Below are positions 6,762 through 16,595 of a stretch of DNA of 49,970 nucleotides, one piece after another. This DNA is from Clostridiales bacterium UBA4362 (GTDB taxonomy: Bacteria > Bacillota > Clostridia > TANB77 > CAG-508), in the NCBI GenBank assembly GCA_002393975.1, contig DGSM01000009.1:1-49970 (forward strand), read 5' to 3'. The notes under the pieces are model-generated. The model saw only the letters and a program-made list of their open reading frames with translations. It did not search any database and was not told the origin of the DNA. A program made the position numbers and the translations under genes. Each line of letters opens with the position of its first letter. Within the stretch, counting starts at the first letter, position 1.

Positions 6762-8123
6762 TTAGCTTAAAATTTGCTTTAATTTATTAATTAATTCTTT
6801 ATTATTAGATGTAGATAACATAGTGTTTATAAGGTCTTCATTAACTTTTTCTTGAGTTAAAGTAGAAAGAGCTTTCCTTAATTTATATATTATTTCTTGT
6901 TCATCAGATGAATATAAAAGGTCTTCTCTTCTAGTTCCAGACTTATTAATGTCTATAGCTGGGAATATACGTTTTTCTGATAGAGCTCTATTTAATACAA
7001 CTTCCATATTTCCAGTACCTTTAAACTCTTCAAATATAACATCGTCCATTCTACTTCCGGTTTCAATTAAGGCAGTTGCAAGTATTGTTAAACTTCCACC
7101 ATTCTCTATGTTTCTTGCTGCTCCAAAAAACTTTTTAGGATAATGAATTGCTGCAGGATCCAAACCTCCTGATAAAGTTCTTCCAGATGTAGGAATAGTT
7201 AAGTTATAAGCTCTAGCAAGTCTTGTAATACTATCAAGCAATATTACAACATCTTTTTTATTTTCTACTAATCTTTTTGCTCTTTCAAGAACCATTTCAG
7301 CAACTTTTACATGGTGCTCTGGAAGTTCATCAAAAGTTGAATATATAACTTCTCCATTAATACTTCTGACCATATCAGTTACTTCCTCTGGTCTTTCATC
7401 AATTAGTAAAACTATTAGATTAGTTTCAGGATTATTTATTGAAATTGAGTTTGCTATTTTCTTTAATAATGTTGTTTTTCCTACTTTTGGAGGGGCAACA
7501 ATCATACCTCTTTGTCCTTTACCTATTGGACATATTAGGTCTATCATTCTCATAGCTAAATCATTACTATCTTTTGTTTCCATACTTAACTTTTCTTCAG
7601 GATATATTGGAACCAATTCATCAAATTTAGTCCTTCTATAAGAAATTTCAGGTGGAATACCATTTACTTCTCCAACGTAAATAAGTGCAGGAAATCTCTC
7701 CCCTTCTTTTGGTTTTCTAGTTATTCCTCTTATTTTATCTCCATTATCTAATCTAAAACGTTTAATTTGAGTTGGAGAAACATATATATCTTCAGGTGTT
7801 GATAAATAGTTTTTACCACGTAAAAAGCCATAGCCATCAGGAAGTATTTCTAATACACCTTCTGCCATTTTATCATTTTCACCTAATTTAAGACCTTCCT
7901 CGATTCTAATATTATTATCTGAATCATTAGAAATATCTTCATTCAATTTTTCTTCTTTTAGGTTTTCATCATCCAGATTATTTGCATTGCTTTCATTTGA
8001 AGCTTTTTCACTTGATTCTAAAAACTCAATAAGCTCTTCTTTATTAAGTTTAGACACATTTGTAGCCCCTTTTTCTTTTGCCATTACTCTTAATTCAACA
8101 AGAGTATAATCGTCAAAATTCAT
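6762..8123 (-). CDS. rho: Transcription termination factor Rho
   Basis: Rho_N helix bundle ([23 protein letters not shown]), CSD-like RNA-binding domain ([14 protein letters not shown]), Walker [28 protein letters not shown]. Confidence 0.95.
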   Translation of the reverse strand: MNFDDYTLVELRVMAKEKGATNVSKLNKEELIEFLESSEKASNESNANNLDDENLKEEKLNEDISNDSDNNIRIEEGLKLGENDKMAEGVLEILPDGYGFLRGKNYLSTPEDIYVSPTQIKRFRLDNGDKIRGITRKPKEGERFPALIYVGEVNGIPPEISYRRTKFDELVPIYPEEKLSMETKDSNDLAMRMIDLICPIGKGQRGMIVAPPKVGKTTLLKKIANSISINNPETNLIVLLIDERPEEVTDMVRSINGEVIYSTFDELPEHHVKVAEMVLERAKRLVENKKDVVILLDSITRLARAYNLTIPTSGRTLSGGLDPAAIHYPKKFFGAARNIENGGSLTILATALIETGSRMDDVIFEEFKGTGNMEVVLNRALSEKRIFPAIDINKSGTRREDLLYSSDEQEIIYKLRKALSTLTQEKVNEDLINTMLSTSNNKELINKLKQILS

Positions 8124-8291
8124 AAAGAATCTCCTTTCGAAATAAAATATAACATTAAATATTCAATTTTAAGTTTTTTAATATTGGGAATTTAAAAAAG
8201 ATTAAAAAATATTAAATAAAAAAATAATTAAAATAATATTTAAAACTATATTAATATTTTAACATTTTCTGGGAAAAAGTCAATTATTGTC

Positions 8292-8323
8292 GAAAAAAAG
8301 ACATGGATTATTTATCCATGTCT
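8292..8323 (-). terminator. Intrinsic terminator whose 5' arm is the last codons of the divIC-like gene
   Basis: Minus strand AGACAUGGAU-AAAUA-AUCCAUGUCU followed by UUUUUUU. The stop codon (8308-8310) sits at the stem/loop junction. Confidence 0.6.
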
Positions 8324-8574
8324 ACATATATTCTTTCATTTGGTAAATACATATCAAGTTTTTCTCTAGCCATTTCTTCAATATAATTGGTTGAATTAAT
8401 ATTATCTAATGTTTCAGATAGTTCATTATTTTTGATTTTAGCTTGTTCTATTTGATTATGATATTGATCTCCTTCTTTATTATACGCATTTAACATCTTT
8501 TGTTGGTTTATAAAAACAAAGATTGCATATATTATAAAGGCAAATAATATTAATTTAGGTACAATCCTTTTCAT
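8308..8574 (-). CDS. Septum formation initiator family protein (FtsB/DivIC-like)
   Basis: 88 aa with an N-terminal TM helix, a coiled coil, and the conserved tail IEEMAREKLDMYLPNERIY. GAGAGGA RBS. Confidence 0.75.
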   Translation of the reverse strand: MKRIVPKLILFAFIIYAIFVFINQQKMLNAYNKEGDQYHNQIEQAKIKNNELSETLDNINSTNYIEEMAREKLDMYLPNERIYVDMDK

Positions 8575-8586
8575 ATTGAATCCTCT

Positions 8587-9300
8587 CTATTTCTTAAGTA
8601 AAGCGAAAGCTCCTATTACAATTCCTACAATGATTACAGCTAAAACTGCAAAGAAAATAATAATAATTTTGTTTTCTTCAGCTTTAACATCAGAAGCTTG
8701 TCTTCTAAGTTCTGCTTTTTCTTTTTTCTCTTCTTGTTCGTTATACTTTTTGTCAAATTCATGGCCAATTTCAAAATTATTAAAGAATTTTAATAATTCA
8801 TTATGGTTTAAAGAATAAGTTGGTAATGTAGTTCTTATAAATCTTTCAGAATTTTCTTTTTGATAAATAATATTTAAAGTATAAAAGCGTGTAAACCATG
8901 CTCTACTACTCTTTGCTAAATAAATATTAAACAATTGATCATAAGAAATTCTTTCTGTTTCAAATCTATATTTAATGATCAAATCTGACTCAGTAAATCT
9001 TAATGAATAAGTTGAGCTGTAAATGCTATAACCTATAACCACTAAAATAAATAATAGAACATATAAAAGATTTAAAGGTGAATACCAAAAAGACCCTATT
9101 AGTAGTCCTAAAATAATGATTGTTTCAACTATAACTTGAATCTTGTGTTCATCAAGAAAGTTTTTAAAATTAGATTTTAATAGAAACTTATCTTTAATAT
9201 GAGTTATATTTGAAAACTCTCGATGGTTTACTTCAGCATACACTTTTTTTAATGATATTCTTTTATTTTTAGATTCTTTCTTTACTTTTGTATTAGCCAT
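8587..9300 (-). CDS. Hypothetical membrane protein (two central TM helices plus a C-terminal TM anchor)
   Basis: ORF with hydrophobic segments IVETIIILGLLIGSFWY, LLYVLLFILVVIGYSIY and IIIIFFAVLAVIIVGIVIGAFALL. No family recognised. Confidence 0.7.
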   Translation of the reverse strand: MANTKVKKESKNKRISLKKVYAEVNHREFSNITHIKDKFLLKSNFKNFLDEHKIQVIVETIIILGLLIGSFWYSPLNLLYVLLFILVVIGYSIYSSTYSLRFTESDLIIKYRFETERISYDQLFNIYLAKSSRAWFTRFYTLNIIYQKENSERFIRTTLPTYSLNHNELLKFFNNFEIGHEFDKKYNEQEEKKEKAELRRQASDVKAEENKIIIIFFAVLAVIIVGIVIGAFALLKK

Positions 9301-9397
9301 AAATCAAACATTCTCCAATTAAAATATAACAAAACATAAGATTTTATTCAAATAAATAGAAAGTATTTAAATAAAATGTATAAATAAAGTAATATAA

Positions 9398-10591
9398 TTA
9401 CTTATTTAACAGTCTCAATGTATCTTTAGCTATCATAAGTTCCTCATTAGTAGGAACAACCCAAACTGGTATTGTTGAATCTTTAGAAGAAATACAAATT
9501 TCTTCTCCTCTAGTATTATTTTTCTCATCATCAATTTTAATACCCATATAATTTAAGTATTTGATAATACCAGCTCTAATTCTAGATTGATTTTCTCCAA
9601 TTCCTGCTGTAAATGTTATAACATCAATACCTTGCATTGAAACTGCATATGCTGCAATAAATTGAGCAACTTTGTATTCATAAAGATCCATAGCAGTTTT
9701 AGCATCTTCGTTTCCTTTATCTATAGCTTCTTCTATGTCTCTACAATCTGCAGATAAGCCTTTAGTTAAACCAAATAGACCAGATTCTTTATTTAGAATT
9801 TCTTCCAACTCACTTGGTTTTAACTTTTCATTTTCCATTAAATATGTAATAACAGATGGATCTAAATCGCCTGATCTGCTACACATAGGAATACCACCTA
9901 AAGGAGTAAGTCCCATAGATGTTTCTACAGATTCACCATTCATAATAGCACAAATGCTTGCTCCTTGTCCTAAGTGACAATTAACAATTTTTAAATCTTT
10001 AACTGATTTATTTAATAATTCTGCAATTCTATTTGCTACATATTTATGTGATGTTCCATGACAACCATATTTTCTTATATTATATTTTTCATAATATTTA
10101 TATGGAATTGGAAGCATATATCTTTCTTTAGGTATTGAATAATGAAAAGCAGTATCAAATACAGCAACCATTGGAATATTAGGCATTAGCTTTTGACAAG
10201 CTTTAATTCCCATGATTGCAGCAGGATTATGTAATGGTGCAAATGTTTTATATTCATCAATTTTACTTATAACATAATCATCTATTACAGCTGCATCAGA
10301 GAATGAATCAGCTCCATGAACTATTCTATGTCCTATTGCATCAATTTCATCCAAACTTTTTATTGCAGGATGTTCTTTATCAAGAATTTGTTTCAATGAG
10401 AAATCTAGTGCTTCTTTATGATTTTTTACAGGGTGTTCAAGGACTATTTTTTCGCCATTAATTTTATGCGTTAAGAAGGATTTTTCTCCTATTCTTTCAT
10501 AAGTACCTTTACAAATTAAACTTTCATTTTCCATATTAAGAAGTTGATACTTAAGTGAAGAACTTCCGCAATTAATAACTAAAACTTTCAT
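9398..10591 (-). CDS. ackA: Acetate/propionate-family kinase, distal tandem paralogue
   Basis: INCGSSSLKYQ, GHRIVHG, APLHNP, GCHGTSHKY, SRSGDLDPS, VPTNEELMIA. Confidence 0.88.
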   Translation of the reverse strand: MKVLVINCGSSSLKYQLLNMENESLICKGTYERIGEKSFLTHKINGEKIVLEHPVKNHKEALDFSLKQILDKEHPAIKSLDEIDAIGHRIVHGADSFSDAAVIDDYVISKIDEYKTFAPLHNPAAIMGIKACQKLMPNIPMVAVFDTAFHYSIPKERYMLPIPYKYYEKYNIRKYGCHGTSHKYVANRIAELLNKSVKDLKIVNCHLGQGASICAIMNGESVETSMGLTPLGGIPMCSRSGDLDPSVITYLMENEKLKPSELEEILNKESGLFGLTKGLSADCRDIEEAIDKGNEDAKTAMDLYEYKVAQFIAAYAVSMQGIDVITFTAGIGENQSRIRAGIIKYLNYMGIKIDDEKNNTRGEEICISSKDSTIPVWVVPTNEELMIAKDTLRLLNK

Positions 10592-10642
10592 TATTTCTCC
10601 TTTATATTAAATTATAAAAATACTAACCCCATTAAAAATAGA

Positions 10643-11842
10643 TTATTTACCTTGTACTAGATCTCTAGTATCTCTAGCAATCATTAGTTCCTCATTAGTA
10701 GGAACAACATAAACTTCTACTTTTGAATCAGGTGCAGATATCTTAGCTTCTACAGCGAAAGCATCTTTGTTTGCTTTCTCATCAAGTTTTACTCCTAAGA
10801 ATTCTAGTTGTTTACAAATTTCAGCTCTTGACTCAGCTCCTCTTTCTCCAACTCCTGCAGTAAATGTAATAACATCTACACCATTCATAGCAACAACACA
10901 TCTTGCAACATATGCTGCTATTACATAATGATAGTGGTCTAATGCAAGTTTTGCTCTATGATTGCCTTCAGCTAGAGCCATCTCTATATCTCTGTTATCA
11001 GCTGAAATTCCAGAAATTCCTAGAAGACCAGATTTTTTATTTATTAAAATATCTGCTTCATCTGGAGTCATGTTTTCTTTCTTCATAATAAATGTAATAA
11101 CAGATGGGTCAATATCTCCTGTTCTAGAACCCATAGGAATACCAGCTACTGGAGATAATCCCATTGAAGTTTCAACACATTTGCCATCTTGTATAGCACA
11201 AATACTTGCACCTTGTCCAATGTGACAATTAACAATTTTTAAATCTTCAATTGGCTTATCTAATATTTCAGCAATTCTTTGTGAAACATATTTATGTGAG
11301 GTTCCGTGAGCACCATATTTTCTTATACCATATTTTTCATAATACTCATATGGTATAGGATAAATATATCTATGCTCTGGTAATGTTTGATGAAAAGCAG
11401 TATCAAATACAACTGCCATTGGTGTATCAGGCATAATCTTCTTGCAAGCATCAATTCCTAATAATGCAGGTGGATTATGAAGTGGTGCAAGAGATGCTAA
11501 TTCTTCAATATCTTTAATTACTTTATCATCAACTAATACTGAGTGGCTAAATTTGTCTCCACCTTGTACTATTCTATGGCCAATACCATCAATTTCTTTT
11601 AAATCTTTAATAACGCCATATTCTGAATTTGTAATTTGGTCTAAAACTAGCTTTAGAGCTTCAGCATGATTTTTAACATGCTCCTCTAATTTAATCTTTT
11701 GTCCATTAACTTTATGAGTTAAGAAAGATTTTTCACTTCCTATTCTCTCAAAGTTTCCTGAGCACATTGTTTCTTCTGTTGTCATATCGATTACTTGATA
11801 TTTTAAAGAAGAACTACCGCAGTTTAATACTAAAATTTTCAT
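10643..11842 (-). CDS. ackA: Acetate kinase, proximal tandem paralogue
   Basis: LNCGSSSLKYQ, GHRIVQGG, APLHNP, GAHGTSHKY, SRTGDIDPS, VPTNEELMIA. Roughly 60% identical by eye to the downstream copy. Confidence 0.92.
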   Translation of the reverse strand: MKILVLNCGSSSLKYQVIDMTTEETMCSGNFERIGSEKSFLTHKVNGQKIKLEEHVKNHAEALKLVLDQITNSEYGVIKDLKEIDGIGHRIVQGGDKFSHSVLVDDKVIKDIEELASLAPLHNPPALLGIDACKKIMPDTPMAVVFDTAFHQTLPEHRYIYPIPYEYYEKYGIRKYGAHGTSHKYVSQRIAEILDKPIEDLKIVNCHIGQGASICAIQDGKCVETSMGLSPVAGIPMGSRTGDIDPSVITFIMKKENMTPDEADILINKKSGLLGISGISADNRDIEMALAEGNHRAKLALDHYHYVIAAYVARCVVAMNGVDVITFTAGVGERGAESRAEICKQLEFLGVKLDEKANKDAFAVEAKISAPDSKVEVYVVPTNEELMIARDTRDLVQGK

Positions 11843-11855
11843 CTTTCTCTCCTTT

Positions 11856-12866
11856 TTATTTTTGATTTATTGCTTGGACAGCTGTTATAGCAACTACTCC
11901 AACTATATCCTCTGCTGAGCATCCTCTAGATAGATCATTTACTGGTCTTGCCATTCCTTGACAAAGAGGACCATAAGCTTCTGCATGTCCTAATCTTTGA
12001 GTCATTTTATAACATATATTTCCAACATCAAGATTAGGGAATATTAATATATTTGCTTTTCCTTCTACAGGTGATCCAGGTGCTTTAAATTTAGCAACTT
12101 CAGGAATTATTGCTGCATCTAATTGTAATTCACCATCAACTATTAGATCAGGAGCTTTAGCTCTTACTTTATTTGTTGCATCTATAACTTTATCAGTTAA
12201 TTCGCTATGAGCACTACCTTTTGTTGAATAAGATAACATAGCAACTCTTGGAGTTCCTTCTGGATTTACTAATTCCTTATAAGAGTTTGCTGATGAAATA
12301 GCAATATCAGACAATGCTTCACTATCTGGATTTTCATTCATTCCACTATCAGCATAAATGAATACTCCATTATCACCAAATGTTGTTTCTTGTAATACCA
12401 TTACAAAAAATGCTGATACAGTTGGTATTCCAGGTGCTCCTTTTATGATTTGTAATGCTGGTTTAAGAGTATCTGCTGTTGAGTGACAAGCTCCTGAAAC
12501 AAAGCCATCAGCATCTCCCATCTTAACCATCATTGTTGCAAAGTATCTAGAATTTGTTTTTAACAATTCCATTGCTTCATCATATGTCATGCCTTTATTC
12601 TTACGTAATTCAGCAAGACTATTTGCATAATAATCCAACTTATCAGAATTTAAATTATTGATTATAGGTGTATCTCCTAAATCAATGTGATTATCTCTTG
12701 CATCTAATGCTATTTTCTCTGGATTGCCTATTAAAATAACTTTAGCAAAACCTTGTTCATTAATCATTTGTACTGCTTTTAAAGTTCTTAAATCTTCGCT
12801 TTCTGGAAGTACAATGGTTTTAATTGAGGTTCTAGCTTTATTTTTCATATCATCAATAAAACTCAT
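11856..12866 (-). CDS. pta: Phosphate acetyltransferase
   Basis: Short-form Pta: IVLPESED..LKA, GFVSGACHSTADTLKPALQIIK, GPLCQGMARPVNDLSRGCS. It sits directly upstream of the kinases. Confidence 0.92.
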   Translation of the reverse strand: MSFIDDMKNKARTSIKTIVLPESEDLRTLKAVQMINEQGFAKVILIGNPEKIALDARDNHIDLGDTPIINNLNSDKLDYYANSLAELRKNKGMTYDEAMELLKTNSRYFATMMVKMGDADGFVSGACHSTADTLKPALQIIKGAPGIPTVSAFFVMVLQETTFGDNGVFIYADSGMNENPDSEALSDIAISSANSYKELVNPEGTPRVAMLSYSTKGSAHSELTDKVIDATNKVRAKAPDLIVDGELQLDAAIIPEVAKFKAPGSPVEGKANILIFPNLDVGNICYKMTQRLGHAEAYGPLCQGMARPVNDLSRGCSAEDIVGVVAITAVQAINQK

Positions 12867-12912
12867 ATAAAAATCCCTTTCTTGAACTTTATTTATTTTT
12901 TAACTGACTAAC

Positions 12913-12956
12913 ATTATAACTAATAACTTGTAAAAGTACAAGAATTTTTATATAAT
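12913..12956. promoter_or_regulatory. Overlapping divergent promoters (pta leftward, pseudouridine synthase rightward) sharing a palindromic -35 region
   Basis: Plus strand TTGTAA(12928-12933)-17-TATAAT(12951-12956). Minus strand TTGTAC(12941-12936)-17-TATAAT(12918-12913). Both -35 boxes are the arms of the palindrome CTTGTA-aaag-TACAAG (12927-12942). Confidence 0.45.
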
Positions 12957-12994
12957 AAAAATATATTTTTTATTAATTTATAAGGCTTTTGACA

Positions 12995-13912
12995 ATGAAT
13001 AATAAGATGAAAATAGATTATAAAATTTCAAATGAAAAAACAGTCTTGGAAATATGTAAAGATAAATTAAACATATCTTCAAGACTTTTTAGTAAGCTTA
13101 AAAATGAGCATATCTATTTAAATAATAATTTGTTAACTACTTATACCCCATTAAAAGAAGGTGACATTCTTACAATTAATATGGGATATGCAGAAACTCA
13201 AGACAATGTAGTACCAAATAACGATATACACTTTGACATACTATATGAAGATGAATGGCTTCTTATTGTAAATAAACCTGCAAATATGCCTGTCCACCCC
13301 ACTATGATGCATTATGAAGATACACTTTCAAATGGAATTAAAGCATATTTTGAATCAAATAATCTAAATAAAAAAATTAGATTAGTAAATAGATTAGATA
13401 AAGACACTTCAGGAATAGTAATTATTGCAAAATGTGAGTATATTCAAGAACAATTAGTAAAACAAATGAAGCAAAGTATTTTTGAAAAAGAATATCTAGC
13501 ATTAGTAACAGGTACATTGCCTATTGAAAATAGAATTATAACAATTGATCTTCCAATTAAAAGAAAAGCTGATAGCATTATAGAAAGAATGGTAGCTAAA
13601 GATGGAGAAAAAGCTATTACTCAATATGAAGTAATTAAGAATTTTAAAAACAATGAAAATAACGAAATAAATGATGACAATAATTACTCGGAATTAAACA
13701 TAAAACTTTTAACAGGAAGGACTCATCAAATACGTGTTCACTTTTCATATTTAGGTCATCCTATATTAGGAGATACTTTATATGGCAAAGGATCAACTTT
13801 AATAAATAGACAAGCTTTACATGCACGACAAATTAAGTTTATACATCCAATAACCAAAAAGGAACTAACTATACAAGCAGCTATTCCTCAAGATATATTA
13901 AATCTTATATAG
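12995..13912 (+). CDS. RluA-family (RluD-like) rRNA pseudouridine synthase with an N-terminal S4-like domain
   Basis: NRLDKDTSGIVIIAK (catalytic Asp) and GRTHQIRVHFSYLGHPILGD. I chose ATG 12995 (AAGG upstream) over the TTG at 12989 in the ORF track. Confidence 0.88.
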   Translation: MNNKMKIDYKISNEKTVLEICKDKLNISSRLFSKLKNEHIYLNNNLLTTYTPLKEGDILTINMGYAETQDNVVPNNDIHFDILYEDEWLLIVNKPANMPVHPTMMHYEDTLSNGIKAYFESNNLNKKIRLVNRLDKDTSGIVIIAKCEYIQEQLVKQMKQSIFEKEYLALVTGTLPIENRIITIDLPIKRKADSIIERMVAKDGEKAITQYEVIKNFKNNENNEINDDNNYSELNIKLLTGRTHQIRVHFSYLGHPILGDTLYGKGSTLINRQALHARQIKFIHPITKKELTIQAAIPQDILNLI

Positions 13913-13979
13913 TTATATAATCTTTATTATATTTTTTTAAATATAGTAATCTTTTAAACTTAAATTAATTATTAAACCA

Positions 13980-14010
13980 TAAAAAATCAGCCCCCATTAA
14001 GGAGGCTGAT
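13980..14010 (-). terminator. Intrinsic terminator of rnpB (hairpin also closes the convergent pseudouridine synthase gene)
   Basis: Minus strand AUCAGCCUCC-UUAAU-GGGGGCUGAU followed by UUUUUU. Confidence 0.6.
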
Positions 14011-14033
14011 TTAAATATATAAAAATATTTAAA

Positions 14034-14384
14034 GTAGTAAATCTGTAAGCCGGGTTCTGTCGAGATTAGTCATTTATCTTGAACACGTATTGCTACATGT
14101 CTCCTGCCACCAGAACGGGAGATAGCGAGCAGCTTTAAAGCCTCCCTATATACCGGCGTTGCTCCAGATGGGGTTTACAGTGCCTTCGGTGTCACCACCA
14201 AAGCGGTAGGCTCTTACCCTGCCTTTTCACCCTTACCTAAGTAAACTTAGGCGGTAATTTTCTGTTGCACTTTCCTTAAGGTTACCCTCACTTGACGTTA
14301 TCAAGCATCTTTGCTCTATGGGGCCCGGACTTTCCTCATAAGTCACCTTTCGGTGTTGACTTACGCGACTAATCAATTTACTAC
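14034..14384 (-). ncRNA. rnpB: RNase P RNA, bacterial class A
   Basis: The reverse complement contains GAGGAAAGUCCGGGC, GUGCAACAGAAA, GGUAAGGGUGAAA, GGUAAGAGC, GUAAACCCCAUCUGGAGCAA, AGAUAAAUGACUAAUCUCGACAGAACCCGGCUUACAG, collinear with E. coli M1 RNA. P1 pairs 5' GUAGUAAAU with 3' AUUUACUAC. Confidence 0.9.
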
Positions 14385-14391
14385 ATACATA

Positions 14392-14420
14392 ATTATATCA
14401 AATTTTAGTGATTCTAGCAA
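14392..14420 (-). promoter_or_regulatory. rnpB promoter
   Basis: Minus strand TTGCTA-17-TATAAT. The predicted start, 7-8 nt downstream, coincides with the 5' end of P1 (about 14384). Confidence 0.55.
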
Positions 14421-14427
14421 ATAATTT

Positions 14428-16581
14428 TTAGATATTTTTCATTGATAATTTAACCTTTTGTCTTTCTTCATCAATACCAATAACTTTTACTTTAACTATA
14501 TCACCTATAGAAACAATATCGCTAGGATTCTTAACATACTTATCACTCATTTCAGATATATGAACTAAACCATCATGTTTAACTCCTACATCTACAAAGC
14601 ATCCAAAATCAGTGATGTTTCTAACAGTACCAGTAAGAATTTGCCCATCTCTTAAATCTTCAAATTTAAGAACATCTTTTCTTAGAATTGGTTTTGGCAT
14701 GTTTTCTCTTGGATCTCTTCCAGGTTTTGAAAGTTCATCTATTATGTCTTTTAAAGTTAATTCCCCTACCTCTAGTTCTTTTGAAGTTTTAGCTATATCA
14801 ATACTGGCTAACTTTGTTCTAATTGAAGATAGTTTTTCTTTATCTAGCAAATCTTTAGAAGTATATCCAATATTTTTTAATAATTTGTTTGTAGCTTCAT
14901 AGCTCTCTGGATGGACAGCTGTAATCTCTAATGGATTATCTCCATCTGGAATTCTAATAAATCCAGCACATTGTTCAAATGCAGATTTACCAAGTCTAGG
15001 AACATTTAATAATTCTTCTCTGTTAGAGAATTTTCCATTTTCTTCTCTGTATTTAACTATATTTTTAGCAATTGTAGAATTAATACCTGCAACATATGAT
15101 AGTAAAGATGGTGTTGCAGTATTTAGGTCAACTCCTACTTCGTTAACTGCATCTTCGACTACATTATTTAAACTTTCAGCTAATTCTTTTTGATTAACAT
15201 CATGTTGATATTGACCTATTCCAATGGCTTTAGGATCGATTTTAACGAATTCTGCTAGAGGATCTTGCAATCTTCTTGCAATAGATATTGCACCTCTTAA
15301 TGAGACATTTAGATCAGGATATTCTTCAGTCGCTAACTTTGATGCACTATAAACTGATGCTCCCGCTTCAGAAACTATTGTATAATACACATCTACATTA
15401 TATTTTTCCTTAATGATTTTTAAAGTATCTGATACAAATTCTTCAGATTCTCTAGATGCTGTACCATTACCTATAGCTACCATATTAATATTATATTTAG
15501 ATATTAAATTGATAAGAGTTTTTTGTGATCCTTCAATATCATTTTGAGGTTCAGTTGGATATACTACTCCTGTATCTAATACTTTTCCAGTTTCATCAAT
15601 AACAGCTAGTTTACATCCAGTTCTATATGCAGGATCAAATCCTAGAACAGTTAAACCTTTTAAAGGTGCTCCTAGCAATAATTCTTTAGCATTTTTGCCA
15701 AAAACTTTAATAGCCCCTGTATCTGCTTTTTCAGTAAGATCTGCTCTAATTTCTCTATCAATACTAGGTTCAATTAATCTTTCATAGCTATCTTTAATAG
15801 TATCTATTAATTCCGCTTCTCTAGTAGAGTTTTTAATTAGAACATTTTTTTGGATTATCTCTAATATCTTATCTTCAGGTTTAACTAATTTAACTTTAAG
15901 AAATTCTTCCTTCTCTCCTCTATTAATAGCTAATATTCTATGAGATGGAATAGTAGAAATCTTTTCAGAAAAACTATAATACATTTCATAGGCTGACTTT
16001 TCTTCTTTATTAGCAGAAGTTTCTAAAACGCCAAATTTATAATAAATCTTTTTGATAGCTTTTCTGTATTCAGGATCATCAGATATTTCTTCTGCAATAA
16101 TATCTTTAGCTCCTTGAATAGCATCCTCAACTGTTAATACTTCATCATTTAAAAAGCTTTCCGCTACCTTTGAAAGAGGAGTCTTATCTATTTGTTCTTT
16201 AATATTAATTGCTAATGGTTCAAGACCTTTTCTTTTAGCTTCAGATGCTCTAGTTTTTTTCTTTTGTTTAAATGGTCTATATATATCTTCAACTTCAGCA
16301 AGAGTTAATGCTTTTTCTAAAGCCTCTTTAATCTCTTCTGTCATTTTACCTTGAGATTCTATTGAAGAAATAACTTCATTTTTTCTTTCTTCTAAATTTC
16401 TAAGATAAGTTAATCTTTCATCTAAATTTCTTAATTGTTCATCTGAAAGATTTCCTGTAACTTCTTTTCTATATCTTGCAATAAAAGGAATAGTATTTCC
16501 ATCATCAATTAAATTAATAGTTTTTGTTACTTGTGTTTCAGATATATTTAATTCAGTAGCAATTATTTTTGTTATATCCAT
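14428..16581 (-). CDS. tex: Tex-like transcription accessory protein (YqgF/RuvX-like domain, HhH, C-terminal S1 domain)
   Basis: IPFIARYRKE near the N-terminus, central YqgF-like block (VLGFDPAYRTGCKLAVID), C-terminal S1 GTVRNITDFGCFVDVGVKHDGLVHISE. Confidence 0.92.
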   Translation of the reverse strand: MDITKIIATELNISETQVTKTINLIDDGNTIPFIARYRKEVTGNLSDEQLRNLDERLTYLRNLEERKNEVISSIESQGKMTEEIKEALEKALTLAEVEDIYRPFKQKKKTRASEAKRKGLEPLAINIKEQIDKTPLSKVAESFLNDEVLTVEDAIQGAKDIIAEEISDDPEYRKAIKKIYYKFGVLETSANKEEKSAYEMYYSFSEKISTIPSHRILAINRGEKEEFLKVKLVKPEDKILEIIQKNVLIKNSTREAELIDTIKDSYERLIEPSIDREIRADLTEKADTGAIKVFGKNAKELLLGAPLKGLTVLGFDPAYRTGCKLAVIDETGKVLDTGVVYPTEPQNDIEGSQKTLINLISKYNINMVAIGNGTASRESEEFVSDTLKIIKEKYNVDVYYTIVSEAGASVYSASKLATEEYPDLNVSLRGAISIARRLQDPLAEFVKIDPKAIGIGQYQHDVNQKELAESLNNVVEDAVNEVGVDLNTATPSLLSYVAGINSTIAKNIVKYREENGKFSNREELLNVPRLGKSAFEQCAGFIRIPDGDNPLEITAVHPESYEATNKLLKNIGYTSKDLLDKEKLSSIRTKLASIDIAKTSKELEVGELTLKDIIDELSKPGRDPRENMPKPILRKDVLKFEDLRDGQILTGTVRNITDFGCFVDVGVKHDGLVHISEMSDKYVKNPSDIVSIGDIVKVKVIGIDEERQKVKLSMKNI

Positions 16582-16595
16582 GTTTAGTTTTTCTC

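Noticed and set aside
12927-12942. CcpA cre site at the pta promoter
   Set aside because: TGTAAAAGTACA is two nucleotides shorter than the 14-nt cre consensus and lacks the central CG.
14034-14384. Class B (Bacillus-type) assignment for the RNase P RNA
   Set aside because: The sequence is collinear with E. coli M1 RNA, including the P15-P18-type 3' region AGAUAAAUGACU...ACAGAACCCGGCUUA, so I called it class A.
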